A stretch of DNA of 64,000 nucleotides from a virus. Of the stretch, positions 46,159 through 55,907 are shown one piece after another. Position 1 is the first letter of the stretch. Every line of letters begins with the position of its first letter. The notes beneath the pieces are model-generated. The model made no database searches and was not told the origin of the DNA. It saw only the letters and a program-made list of their open reading frames with translations. The stretch is from the IMG/VR virus record IMGVR_UViG_3300045988_144737, one strand, 5' to 3'. The translations under genes were made by a program, and so were the position numbers.

Positions 46159-47346
46159 TTAAAAATTAAAGAAACTATCAACATCATTAACCTCAATTTT
46201 ATTAGGGTTACTCATATTGACAAAATTATCTTCTTCTTTTTGTTTTTCAATATCTTCTAATTGTTTTTTATAAATTGCAAATGGTTTATGATATTTATCA
46301 CTATAACCACATAAATTATATAAATAAAAACTGTTTTTCTTTTCATTTACATCATACATGAATACACTATCATCTTCGTTTTGTTCATAAAGTCTTATTT
46401 TGTTTTCAATTTCATCACAAGTTTGACTTAATTGTTCAATAAATTCTTTTTCTACATTTTCATCAATATCGACATATACATAACAATCATTGAAAACAAA
46501 CTTATCTTGAATTTCACTCGGCAAACACTCTAATGAATTGCTATATTCAACTTCATCTAACAACACTTCGATTTCTTTTGGTTCATAATTAAATTTTTTC
46601 AACCATTTTTTAATATCATTTTTTAAAACCTTTCCGTACTCTCTACGCTCGACAATTCTATCTTTGAATTTTAATTGACCATCTTTTGTTTTCCCAATTT
46701 GTTGTACAGTTATATTATAATATTTTAAAAAATTCCAACAAGTTTTAATTTTATCATACTCAATTCCTTTGGTTTGATGTAGCCCGATTGTATATAATTT
46801 TAGTTGTTGTGAGTTTTGCTCAATCTTATTACCTTTGTAAATTGTACTCGTTTTAAAGTCTTGTTGCATCAACACTCCATCGTTGATATTCAACATATCG
46901 ATATAGCCCATAAATATTCGATTTCCAACCTTTGTGTATACAGTGGTTTCACATAAATTATTCCCTTTTAATGGTTTAAAGTTTTCACAATAATCTATCA
47001 AATTATTATAATAGTTATAAGCAATTTGAGCGTCTTTTGTCTCGTCGCTTGTAAAACCAATTTGTAATATTTGCAATTCCTCAAATCTATCTTTAAATCT
47101 TTTAGCAATTTCCTCTTTTTTTATATTTCCTTCATAATATTTTTGTAATAAATCATGAATACAAGAACCTAATTCTAAATACGCTTTGCTTGTTGTTTTG
47201 TCTGGTTTTATGTGTTTTACATATTTTAAAAAATATTCATATTCATCTTGTAAATAACAAGAAACTTCACTCCAAGACCAAACCTTATCAACATTAAATT
47301 TGTTTTTTAGTAATTCAATTTTTTCTTTATGACCGTTTCTTCCCAT
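46159..47346 (-). CDS. PD-(D/E)XK (RecB/Cas4-like) nuclease
   Basis: ..LGSCIHDLLQ.. and ..MGYIDML-x10-QDFKTS (D...(D/E)xK). Sits next to the primase and helicase genes. Confidence 0.5.
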   Translation of the reverse strand: MGRNGHKEKIELLKNKFNVDKVWSWSEVSCYLQDEYEYFLKYVKHIKPDKTTSKAYLELGSCIHDLLQKYYEGNIKKEEIAKRFKDRFEELQILQIGFTSDETKDAQIAYNYYNNLIDYCENFKPLKGNNLCETTVYTKVGNRIFMGYIDMLNINDGVLMQQDFKTSTIYKGNKIEQNSQQLKLYTIGLHQTKGIEYDKIKTCWNFLKYYNITVQQIGKTKDGQLKFKDRIVERREYGKVLKNDIKKWLKKFNYEPKEIEVLLDEVEYSNSLECLPSEIQDKFVFNDCYVYVDIDENVEKEFIEQLSQTCDEIENKIRLYEQNEDDSVFMYDVNEKKNSFYLYNLCGYSDKYHKPFAIYKKQLEDIEKQKEEDNFVNMSNPNKIEVNDVDSFFNF

Positions 47347-47348
47347 TG

Positions 47349-48413
47349 TTATGCACCCCTTTCTTCTAACAATTTTAAATAGTGCAAATGTTTGCTTTCG
47401 TCATATTTTATCCTTTGATTAAACATAGCTTTATAATCATTATCACATAGGTCAGCAGGAGCCATATGGTCTTGTAGGGCGTTGTTTTTATCATATAGGT
47501 AAAATACATTACGAATGTTATAAAATTGCTCACAAGCCTTATATATATCCAATAATGACACATCTTTGTCAAAACTAATTATAACATCAACATTTAATCC
47601 AATTAAAATTTTTGCTTGTTCATTACTAATCGAATGACAACCTAAACTAACTCCTGTAAAATCGAAACGAGAATGTCTCTTCCAAACGCTTTTCTCCGCT
47701 TCATGAACAGTTACATACCCATTTGTTTGTATTCCATAATAATTATTATATAAACCATATAAATTATTACCTTTAGGATATGCTTTGATAGGAAAATATT
47801 TGGGAATATCAAACAATTCATAATTTTCAATTGTGGTTCTCCTCATAACACCAACCAATTTCCCATCATCGTATTTATAATGCGGAATAATTATTGCTTG
47901 TCTATAATAATCATATCCAATATTAAATTCTTCTCTAGTAAATTCTGCAACTCCCTCTTTTACTAATGAAATATGTAAATATGGAAATGAGTTTAACAAA
48001 ACATTATCATCAACTTCTTCGAGTTGTATATTTTGATATCTTTGTTTTTTTACTTTTGTAAAAATATCTAATGGATTTTTTACCTCGTCTTTAATAACTT
48101 TTCCATTGTATGAATATTTTAGACCATATAATTTGTGTAAGTATTTCATACATTGACCAAACGTTAGGTTTTTATATTTCATAACCAAAGCATAAATATC
48201 TCCATGCCAATTTTCGCTGTATATTGTAACCTTTAAGGTTTCTTTATTTAATGCCAAAGATGTAGAATTAGTGTGGTTTGGTCTAGCACATCTAATTTCT
48301 TTGTCATTGGCATTTATTTTAGTACAACCAATATCTCTTAGGGTTTTTTCTGCCAAATCATTATCAATAATATATTTTTTTAACTCATTTGGACTCACAT
48401 ATAACCCTCCCAA
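47349..48413 (-). CDS. DNA primase (Toprim type)
   Basis: N-terminal Cys/His region, a Toprim-like ..VTVHEAEKSV.. and ..VIISFDKD... Lies immediately upstream of the helicase gene. Confidence 0.6.
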   Translation of the reverse strand: MGGLYVSPNELKKYIIDNDLAEKTLRDIGCTKINANDKEIRCARPNHTNSTSLALNKETLKVTIYSENWHGDIYALVMKYKNLTFGQCMKYLHKLYGLKYSYNGKVIKDEVKNPLDIFTKVKKQRYQNIQLEEVDDNVLLNSFPYLHISLVKEGVAEFTREEFNIGYDYYRQAIIIPHYKYDDGKLVGVMRRTTIENYELFDIPKYFPIKAYPKGNNLYGLYNNYYGIQTNGYVTVHEAEKSVWKRHSRFDFTGVSLGCHSISNEQAKILIGLNVDVIISFDKDVSLLDIYKACEQFYNIRNVFYLYDKNNALQDHMAPADLCDNDYKAMFNQRIKYDESKHLHYLKLLEERGA

Positions 48414-49913
48414 CTAATCCATATCGATATACGTATATCCTAATTCAACGATTTTATTTCTACCAAAATCAATTTCGGCTACAATTTGTTGATTTTTATC
48501 TCCTTCTCGAGATTTTGATACAAAGAAAATAATATAAGATTTTCTTTCATCTAATTCAACCAAAACTTGATGAGCAACACCATTCGCATCAATCTCTATT
48601 CTTCTAACCTTTAGCGGATTAGAACCGCAACTCTTTTCATCGTTTCTAACCTTTCTAAACATAACACAAGTCGAAAATACATCAACTACACTTTTAGCCT
48701 CGGCTAAGTTATCAATGCTTAAATACTTTTGTCTAGCACTCCCCTTGTTTGATTGAAATGTACATAACAAATGAACATTTTGTCCTGCTTCTTTACAAAC
48801 ATCATATAGTTTAACACTATCATTGATTAATTCAATACGATAATTAGATGTATTTGCGCCTGTACTCATCTTAAAAGTATCTAATACAAAATATTTTACT
48901 CCCAACATAGCGTATTTATTTATAATTTTAATCATTGAATCAACGGTATATCTTTTTAATGGAATTATAGTTAATAGTTTTTTATTTTTCATTGACTTTA
49001 GCCATGCGATTGCTTTGGAAATATCTTCTTCTTGTTTCTTAGTCCATTTACCGCTCTTAAATGTGTATTTATCAATATCTCCATCTTTGATAGCATTATT
49101 AATATACCAAATAATCAAATCTCTTTGAACCTTATCTTTTCCTTCTTCGTTTAATACACAAATAACCTTTTCTCCCATCAACAACAACGTTGGTAACCAT
49201 AATATCCTCATTATTGTTGATTTTCCTTCATTGGTTATAGCAGTAATCATTTCTAGGTCACCTAACCTCATACCGCCAGTAGCCCTATTTAACATTGGCA
49301 TATTAAGCAATTCTAAACCCATCTCTTCGCCTTTTTTGGCACTTTCAATCATATCATCAATGCCATCAGAGATGTCGTACACTTTATCCATGCCAGCATC
49401 TTTATTCAAGATTACATTAGTTAATCTAACCTCTAAATCTGTATATATATCTTCTAAAGTCCAATCTGTATAGGTTGATAACTTATCCCTAATTGGGTAC
49501 TTTTGTTTATTTAATTCATAAACAGCACACCATTTGTTTAAATCGATGATATACCCCTCTAAGTTGGCTACATTTACATATTCTTTGATTTTGTCAATTA
49601 TACTATAACCACCATATTTTTCATATTCTAATTTTAATTTTGGATGTTGTTCCAAATAAAAAGAAATTGTATATTCATCAATAAATGTTTTCTTTTCATT
49701 AATTACTAAATCTTTAATTATAGAAAAGTATACTTTCCATACATTATGTAGAAAATCTTCTATACTTAAATTTGTAAAGCCATACAACAACTCAGGTTCT
49801 TTATAAAAGCAACCACAAATATTTGCTTCGATTGGTTCTGTATACCCTCTTAATATTTTTGCTACTTCATAAACTTCTTGTTGGATTGGTGTTAAATTAT
49901 TTATATCTACCAT
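48414..49913 (-). CDS. Replicative DNA helicase (DnaB-like)
   Basis: Walker A AITNEGKST. C-terminal ..FVSKSREG.. resembles the DnaB KNRNG motif. About 500 aa. Confidence 0.7.
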   Translation of the reverse strand: MVDINNLTPIQQEVYEVAKILRGYTEPIEANICGCFYKEPELLYGFTNLSIEDFLHNVWKVYFSIIKDLVINEKKTFIDEYTISFYLEQHPKLKLEYEKYGGYSIIDKIKEYVNVANLEGYIIDLNKWCAVYELNKQKYPIRDKLSTYTDWTLEDIYTDLEVRLTNVILNKDAGMDKVYDISDGIDDMIESAKKGEEMGLELLNMPMLNRATGGMRLGDLEMITAITNEGKSTIMRILWLPTLLLMGEKVICVLNEEGKDKVQRDLIIWYINNAIKDGDIDKYTFKSGKWTKKQEEDISKAIAWLKSMKNKKLLTIIPLKRYTVDSMIKIINKYAMLGVKYFVLDTFKMSTGANTSNYRIELINDSVKLYDVCKEAGQNVHLLCTFQSNKGSARQKYLSIDNLAEAKSVVDVFSTCVMFRKVRNDEKSCGSNPLKVRRIEIDANGVAHQVLVELDERKSYIIFFVSKSREGDKNQQIVAEIDFGRNKIVELGYTYIDMD

Positions 49914-50386
49914 AAATCGTCAAATTTTTCCTTTCCTACACTTTTAACTTTATAATTATTTTTAACTTCATTCATTAATTTAATATCATTTGCGATTTTG
50001 CTTTGTTTTTCTTCGTTGATTTTTTTATTCCTATGTGCTTGCATGGCTTTTAATTTAATATCATTCAAATTTTTCTCAGCAATTAAACAAACTCCATTAA
50101 TTTTATGTTGCTCATTCTTAAATGTTGTTTTTGCAATATAATTTAAAATATTTCTCTCTTCTTTTTTAAAGGCAAATAAAATCATTTTATAAGTATATAG
50201 CATTTTATCTTCTTTTCGTGCTATATGTTTTCCTACTGCCATACCTTTTAGTCTTAATGCCATTTGTTTTGGAAAAGCTAAATCATCTCCATATTGTAAA
50301 ATATTAGATTTAACATAATTACATAATTCATCAAATTCTTCTTTTTGTTTTTTAGACATCTTAGCCATCACTATCACCGTTGCCAA
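49907..50386 (-). CDS. Hypothetical protein (replication module)
   Basis: 159-aa basic ORF that overlaps the helicase start. Confidence 0.6.
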   Translation of the reverse strand: MATVIVMAKMSKKQKEEFDELCNYVKSNILQYGDDLAFPKQMALRLKGMAVGKHIARKEDKMLYTYKMILFAFKKEERNILNYIAKTTFKNEQHKINGVCLIAEKNLNDIKLKAMQAHRNKKINEEKQSKIANDIKLMNEVKNNYKVKSVGKEKFDDLW

Positions 50387-50399
50387 AACCTTATAAAAC

Positions 50400-50640
50400 T
50401 CTATAAAGCTTGTTTAATTCCCTATTCAACGTATCCTATTTTGCTACAAAGCTACTCTAGTTTGATATAATACTCCAAGGGCGTAAATTCCCATACAACG
50501 CATGGTACACATTAGTATTATCTTTTAAGTGACTATTCTACTAATCCATATCTACTTAAATTAATACTTGCATTAAAATCTCTATCTATAATGCAACCGC
50601 AATCTTCACAAATATAAGTTCTTTCTGATAATGATAACTT
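50400..50640 (-). ncRNA. Expected position of the TnpB omega/reRNA (scaffold plus guide)
   Basis: By analogy with characterised TnpB systems, the guide RNA derives from the tnpB 3' end and the right end. The 146-nt untranslated tract lies 3' of tnpB. Not verified structurally. Confidence 0.3.
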
Positions 50641-51654
50641 AGTTTTTATATGTCCACACTCACTGCAAGTTTTTGAAGATGGATACCACTTGTTTGCTTC
50701 AACAAATTCTATTCCATAAAACTCGCATTTATATTTCATTTTCACTTTGAAATCATATAAACATTGTTCTGCAACAGCTTTTGACAAATGACGATTTTTC
50801 ATCATTCCCTTAATATTAAGTGTTTCCATAACAACTCTTGATGGCTTGGTTTTCACTATCTTATTCGTTGCTTGGTGAATATGATTGCTTCTTATATTTG
50901 CTAATCGCCTATGAAGTAATCTAATTTGCTTTTCGAGTTTTGCAATATTCTTAGTTTTGACATACTCCTTTCCTTTTTTATTCATATCATATTTTCTTGA
51001 ACATTGTCTTTGTTTTCTCTTTAATTTTTTCTTTAGTTTTTTAACTTCTTTAGTTTTATTAATGTTTTTAAAAGTCATTCCGTTGGAACATATAGCCAAG
51101 TCTTTTATACCTATATCTATTCCAATAGATTCCCCTGTTAATTCTACATTTTTTAATTCTCTTTCTATGCCTATTGACAAGTACCAATACTTTCCGTCAA
51201 AGCTTATTCTTGGATTACTATATTTAACATCTAAAGGAATTGAATGAGGTTTAATATTAATCCATCCAACCTTTTCTATATTTACAACATTGTCCTTAAC
51301 TTTAAGTTTGACGTTATCATTATAGAATGATGGTTTAGATTTCTTTTTGCTTTTAAATCTAGGTTTACCAGCTAACCCTTTGAAGAACCTTTTATAAGAA
51401 TTACAAGCATCTTTTACAGCTTGTTTAGCTACATTATTAGATACATCATTAAGCCAAGCCAACTCACCTTTCTTTAATTGAGTTATCTCTTTTCTCAAAT
51501 CTCCATCTTTTATGAATTTACCACCATTCTTATAATTATCTTCTTGTCTTGCAAGTGTCCAATTATATATATATCTAGATGTCCCTGCTGATTGCCATAA
51601 TCTTTGTTCTTGAATTTTTGTTGGATATAATCTAACTCTTTTCGCTAGCATCAT
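50533..51654 (-). CDS. tnpB: TnpB RNA-guided endonuclease (IS200/IS605-IS607 accessory protein)
   Basis: RuvC-I IGIDIGIKD, RuvC-II VVMETLNIKG, zinc ribbon CSECG..CEDCG, RuvC-III IDRDFNASINL. 373 aa. Confidence 0.85.
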   Translation of the reverse strand: MMLAKRVRLYPTKIQEQRLWQSAGTSRYIYNWTLARQEDNYKNGGKFIKDGDLRKEITQLKKGELAWLNDVSNNVAKQAVKDACNSYKRFFKGLAGKPRFKSKKKSKPSFYNDNVKLKVKDNVVNIEKVGWINIKPHSIPLDVKYSNPRISFDGKYWYLSIGIERELKNVELTGESIGIDIGIKDLAICSNGMTFKNINKTKEVKKLKKKLKRKQRQCSRKYDMNKKGKEYVKTKNIAKLEKQIRLLHRRLANIRSNHIHQATNKIVKTKPSRVVMETLNIKGMMKNRHLSKAVAEQCLYDFKVKMKYKCEFYGIEFVEANKWYPSSKTCSECGHIKTKLSLSERTYICEDCGCIIDRDFNASINLSRYGLVE

Positions 51655-51736
51655 CTTCTATCAGCCCCCAATTCCTAAGTGTTTGCTCAATTTTACCAAT
51701 CAACTTAGCAAACTCACCCATAGAATAATAGTTCAT
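51632..51736 (-). pseudogene. Truncated IS607-type TnpA (MerR-like HTH stub, 34 aa)
   Basis: GAGGTG RBS plus MNYYSMGEFAKLIGKIEQTLRNWG.. matches the N-terminal HTH of IS607 serine recombinases. The stop lies 23 nt inside tnpB, and there is no catalytic domain. Confidence 0.55.
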
Positions 51737-51790
51737 GTTTATCACCTCATTTTTAACTTATGTATTAGGGGAATAAACCCCCTATTTATA

Positions 51791-52951
51791 TTATAGCTTT
51801 TTAATTGCACTTGTCAACTCAATTAAATCTTTTAAAGATAATTTTTCTAATTCTTTTAACGTTACTTCATATTGTGCAAACAATTCTTTAACTTGTTGAG
51901 CTTTTACACTATCTTTAGCATCTCTAATATTGCCCATTTTTTCTTTAATAGTGTTAACTAACTCATCTTTTCTTTCGCTAGCTTGTGATTGCTCTAATTG
52001 TTGAGATTTTTTGGCAATCATTTCTTGTTGCTCTTGTTCTTTTTTAATTTGTTCTTTTTCTTCTTCATTTGTGATTTTAGTAGTACGAGAATTTTTAACC
52101 CCTAATTCAAAAGCATCCCAAAAACTTTTTGCTGATAAAGGTAGTTTTTCAGGCAATCCAACAAATCTTCCACCAGCATCAATTAACGGATTATCATCTC
52201 TAAAATAAATCATGCGTTCACTAGAAATCAAATCCCCTGCCATTAAATTTCCAAAACTGTCTTTTTTGCCACTCGATTTAATATCTCTGTCAACAACAAC
52301 ATTCAAAACCCATTGAGATGTGCCAGCAATTGATTCAAAAGTTTTATCGTCTAGATTATTTGTAATTCGTTCATACTTCAAACCCGTTTTAGCATCTGTT
52401 TTATCTTTATTTTTTGTATGACAAATAACAATAGGGTGATAACCAGCATTTTCTAATCTTTCTAATTGACCGTTTAATAATGCAATAACCCTATCACGAC
52501 CTCTCATGAAACCACCCAAAGCGCTATTTAACGAATCTGGATATTCTCCGTATTTTTTCTTGTGTTCATCAAACACCCTTTTAGTTGCAATGTTATACCA
52601 TTCATCAAGGGTATCTATTCCCACAATTTTAATATTTTGTTTATGAGCAGTTTCTACAAGTTCATCAACAATTTCAACAAAACCTCTCGTCCACAAATCT
52701 TGTGGCAAATCCTCTTCTTCATATCCATATTCTTTAGTCCAACACGGAGCATCTTCAACTTGTAAATTATCTAGTGCTTTATATCCTTTTTCTGCTCCAC
52801 AAGAAATTAATAAACCATATTCTGGGCTTCCGTAGCGCTCAATTATCAAGTCTCTAAACATAGTTGTCTTACCTGTTTTTCGTTCACCCATGATAATCGT
52901 ATGCGGATATGAACAAATATCTGCTTTAACTGTATTAATTCTAAATGCCAT
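51791..52951 (-). CDS. Sak4-like / AAA_24-type RecA-family ATPase
   Basis: Walker A GERKTGKTT, Walker B KIVGIDTLDE. Glu/Lys-rich coiled-coil C-terminus. Confidence 0.55.
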   Translation of the reverse strand: MAFRINTVKADICSYPHTIIMGERKTGKTTMFRDLIIERYGSPEYGLLISCGAEKGYKALDNLQVEDAPCWTKEYGYEEEDLPQDLWTRGFVEIVDELVETAHKQNIKIVGIDTLDEWYNIATKRVFDEHKKKYGEYPDSLNSALGGFMRGRDRVIALLNGQLERLENAGYHPIVICHTKNKDKTDAKTGLKYERITNNLDDKTFESIAGTSQWVLNVVVDRDIKSSGKKDSFGNLMAGDLISSERMIYFRDDNPLIDAGGRFVGLPEKLPLSAKSFWDAFELGVKNSRTTKITNEEEKEQIKKEQEQQEMIAKKSQQLEQSQASERKDELVNTIKEKMGNIRDAKDSVKAQQVKELFAQYEVTLKELEKLSLKDLIELTSAIKKL

Positions 52952-53021
52952 ATTTTCTCCTCCTAAATTTATATTAAAAATATTAATTATCCATCAAGAA
53001 TTTCTCAATGGATAACGTTTT

Positions 53022-54251
53022 TTAAAGTGCTAAATCGCTAAAAAAATCATCATCTCCAAACGCTTCTTCGAATTCTTTATCTAAAATAGCATCACCAACA
53101 CTCTCTTCTAACGGTTTAATCTCCACTGTTTTCATTGTTGTATTTTCATTAGTAGATTTAACCAATGATAAAACATTTGTAATATTTTTATCGGTATATG
53201 CCTCTTTATTAATTTTGCACACCAATGAACCGCTATCGTTTTTAATAGTATGCGGTCTAACAAATTCTAAATAATGAACTAAAGAACCCCCAGCAGTAGC
53301 TTCCTTTAAAGCATCTTCTTTTGTCATTAAGCCACACTCAATTTGTAATTTCATATCTTCACTTAAATCCTCATAGCCTAATTGAACTGTTTCTCCTTGG
53401 GTTACAAATAAACACTGTGTATATAATTCAATTACATAATCTTTTTGAGGTCTAAGATACGCCTTGATAACTTTTTCATATAAAGGAACTTTCTTAGCAT
53501 TGATTTTAACTTTGATTGGATATGCAACTGTTTCTTTATATTCAACTCCATTAAATTTTCCCAAATACCCAGCCACAAACGCATCACACTCTACAAGACC
53601 ATCTTCATTTGGTTTTGCTGATTGTTCTACTGAATCTTTGGTAATCAATAATGGTAAAACACAATTATAAGTCCAATTAGCCTTTTCAGATTGTTCTCCT
53701 TCGACTAATTCAATACTTTTAATTTTTGGTTCTAATCGAGAATAATTGCTACCATTTTCTTTTGTTGTTGCTAATTTTGGTTCTAAATCACCTCTAATTT
53801 TAACAATCATTCCATTTTTTAACACTTCGTTTAAGTATTTGATTGCATCGTATTCTGATAAGAATTTTTTTTCAATTAATTTTCCATCATCATCTTTACC
53901 AAGTTTAATTGTAATAAAATCATTTGGGTCAATCAACGATAGTTCATCAACATCAAATCTTCTAGACCAATCTAATACGATTCTATTAGTCCAATCTCCA
54001 ACCATTCTACCGTTCATCTCTTTTAATCCATGACAATAGATTTTGCTTGAACCATCTTTCATATATCCACCAATTAATCTAAACCAATCAGTTGATGTAT
54101 TTGAATTTACTTGAAAATCAACGCTACTATATACATAGTTAGGGTTGTTTTTTGAATCGTTATCAAACGAGAATGATTTATCACTAATAGACACTTGACC
54201 TAAACAATAAAATTTTCTTGAACCTTGTTTTAATTTAGTTTTATTTTCCAT
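53022..54251 (-). CDS. Hypothetical protein with SSB-like acidic C-terminal tail
   Basis: The C-terminus ..EEAFGDDDFFSDLAL resembles the SSB acidic tip. Positioned next to the recombination ATPase. 409 aa. Confidence 0.35.
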   Translation of the reverse strand: MENKTKLKQGSRKFYCLGQVSISDKSFSFDNDSKNNPNYVYSSVDFQVNSNTSTDWFRLIGGYMKDGSSKIYCHGLKEMNGRMVGDWTNRIVLDWSRRFDVDELSLIDPNDFITIKLGKDDDGKLIEKKFLSEYDAIKYLNEVLKNGMIVKIRGDLEPKLATTKENGSNYSRLEPKIKSIELVEGEQSEKANWTYNCVLPLLITKDSVEQSAKPNEDGLVECDAFVAGYLGKFNGVEYKETVAYPIKVKINAKKVPLYEKVIKAYLRPQKDYVIELYTQCLFVTQGETVQLGYEDLSEDMKLQIECGLMTKEDALKEATAGGSLVHYLEFVRPHTIKNDSGSLVCKINKEAYTDKNITNVLSLVKSTNENTTMKTVEIKPLEESVGDAILDKEFEEAFGDDDFFSDLAL

Positions 54252-54289
54252 ACATTTTCCTCTTTCGTTATTTGTTATTTATTTTTTTA

Positions 54290-54460
54290 TTATGGTAAAA
54301 TCACAATTTTAGTTGTATTTCCAACCCCATCTTCAATAGTAACTTCATTTTCTCCAGTTTCTTTAAATTTATTTAATAAATCTAATAACAATTCTACGTC
54401 CTTCTCTTCGATAATTAACGTAGTTTCCTTTGTTAGTGTTTTACTTTTTGTTTGTAACAT
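54290..54460 (-). CDS. Small hypothetical protein (56 aa)
   Basis: ATG with a GGAGG RBS fills a gap. Below the track cutoff. Confidence 0.45.
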   Translation of the reverse strand: MLQTKSKTLTKETTLIIEEKDVELLLDLLNKFKETGENEVTIEDGVGNTTKIVILP

Positions 54461-54485
54461 AATTTTCCTCCTGTTTTTACTATTC

Positions 54486-54743
54486 TTAAATTAAAATCAT
54501 AATACCCTCATATTCATTAGAGACATATCCAAATATATATTCATGCTCTAAATATGATTGTAATAATTCACACACACCATCCATAATATCTCTAACTATT
54601 TCTGGCGCATTTTCATACTCTACCTCTTGTGGTGTTAATAACACCTTGTTGTAAATATATTCTTGGTTATTAATTAAATAATTTAATTCCATAATACATT
54701 TTTCAACATAATCATTAATTTCATATGGTAGTACTATGCTCAC
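54486..54743 (-). CDS. Hypothetical acidic protein
   Basis: 85-aa ORF. Confidence 0.6.
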   Translation of the reverse strand: MSIVLPYEINDYVEKCIMELNYLINNQEYIYNKVLLTPQEVEYENAPEIVRDIMDGVCELLQSYLEHEYIFGYVSNEYEGIMILI

Positions 54744-54755
54744 ATTTCATCACTC

Positions 54756-54950
54756 CTAACGATTAATTAATTGTGCAACCCTTTGAATACTACGCTCTGC
54801 TTGAATACTAGGTAAAGTCACATTTTTATAATGACTTCTAATTTGAGCGTAAGTATATCCCTTCCAAGTTTTTAGTTCTTCATCAAACTCATTTCGTTGA
54901 AACCCAACTGCTTGAAATAGCTTAAACAATCGTTTTCGTTTCTTGCTCAT
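54756..54950 (-). CDS. Small basic hypothetical protein
   Basis: 64-aa ORF with an AGGAGG RBS. Confidence 0.55.
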   Translation of the reverse strand: MSKKRKRLFKLFQAVGFQRNEFDEELKTWKGYTYAQIRSHYKNVTLPSIQAERSIQRVAQLINR

Positions 54951-55263
54951 CTTTATCCTCCTTTAATAATAATTCTTTTATATGAAAGTATGGCACTTCA
55001 TCTTCGTATATACCATACACTCCCATTTTTGTTTTTTCTTCATCAATTATTCTAACATGACAAACTTTATCTTTTAATCTATTAATAATTTCTTCATATT
55101 TTTCATTGAATTTTCCATCATGGTTTTTATAGATTACATCGATATTCAAATATACCTCTTGATTATCTTCTAATCTATTTATCAATCCTTTATTTCTCAA
55201 TGCACTTCTTATAGACTTGTTACTAATTTTTTTAGCAAGCGCTCTTCTTTGCTCTCTATTCAT
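54922..55263 (-). CDS. Hypothetical protein
   Basis: 113-aa ORF with a basic N-terminus. Confidence 0.6.
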   Translation of the reverse strand: MNREQRRALAKKISNKSIRSALRNKGLINRLEDNQEVYLNIDVIYKNHDGKFNEKYEEIINRLKDKVCHVRIIDEEKTKMGVYGIYEDEVPYFHIKELLLKEDKDEQETKTIV

Positions 55264-55274
55264 TTAATCAACCT

Positions 55275-55511
55275 CTAATTAGTTGCGACATAAACAACTT
55301 GTCTAGCTTGATATTTTCCTTTAAATTTTACTAAATCAAAAGAAACTTTGTCACCGCTTTGTAGGGTAATACTACTAATTACTTGTGATTTATGAAAAAA
55401 CACTTCTTCATCAATATCGTCGCAAATGATAAATCCATATTGATTTTCTTCATTATACCACTTAACCTCTCCATTCATATCTACTTTGATTTTTTCTTCT
55501 CTTTTTGTCAT
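55275..55511 (-). CDS. Cold-shock domain protein
   Basis: Start at MTKREE (55511), after AGGAGG. GEVKWYNEENQYGFI..VFFHKSQV..GDKVSF matches the CSD RNP motifs. Confidence 0.8.
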   Translation of the reverse strand: MTKREEKIKVDMNGEVKWYNEENQYGFIICDDIDEEVFFHKSQVISSITLQSGDKVSFDLVKFKGKYQARQVVYVATN

Positions 55512-55585
55512 TTTTCTTCCTCCTGTTATATTCCCTTTTAATAATAATTGTATATAAACACGCATCTATTACGTGGACTAACAAT

Positions 55586-55614
55586 ATAATAACAAATGAG
55601 TTTGTTATTGTCAA
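55586..55614 (-). promoter_or_regulatory. Sigma-A-type promoter with an inverted repeat in the spacer
   Basis: (-) sense TTGACA (55614-55609), 17 nt, then TATTAT (55591-55586). The spacer holds the repeat AATAACAAA/TTTGTTATT. Confidence 0.6.
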
Positions 55615-55662
55615 CTATTAATCACAATGAATTGTTTTTAATTTTATACCCGTCTATCATTT

Positions 55663-55887
55663 CTATAATCTATTTTCTTTAATATATTTTCTTGCATCGT
55701 ATAATGATTCAACTAAATCCTTGTTTTCTTTTCGCAAATATTCACAAATAATTTGCAAATCATCAAGTTCTTTTCTTAGGACACAATTTTCATTTGTCAA
55801 TCGCTTGATTTGTCCTTGAACATCGTCTCCTTCAAATTTATTAATAAACACATATTGCGAATGTCTAAGTTCGTTATTCCTCATCAT
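55663..55887 (-). CDS. Small coiled-coil protein
   Basis: 74-aa ORF. Confidence 0.55.
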   Translation of the reverse strand: MMRNNELRHSQYVFINKFEGDDVQGQIKRLTNENCVLRKELDDLQIICEYLRKENKDLVESLYDARKYIKENRL

Positions 55888-55907
55888 ATATCTTTTTTCC
55901 TTTCTTA

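Larger units (their letters stand above)
50400..51780 (-). mobile_element. Decayed IS607-family element (TnpA stub plus intact TnpB). Ends approximate.
   Basis: A TnpA-type HTH stub directly upstream of and overlapping tnpB. Non-coding flanks of 146 nt and 54 nt interrupt otherwise tightly packed phage genes. Confidence 0.5.

Noticed and set aside
18600-54033. Plus-strand ORFs inside the minus-strand early block. Examples: 18600-18836, 19371-19664, 20996-21262, 22239-22487, 23583-24236, 26272-26547, 26776-27075, 28855-29091, 32997-33230, 35475-35681, 38999-39322, 44984-45337, 49231-49473, 50957-51247, 52011-52208, 53464-53670, 53746-54033.
   Set aside because: They are shadow ORFs antisense to well-supported genes, with no RBS or promoter and Ser/Leu/Phe-rich junk composition.
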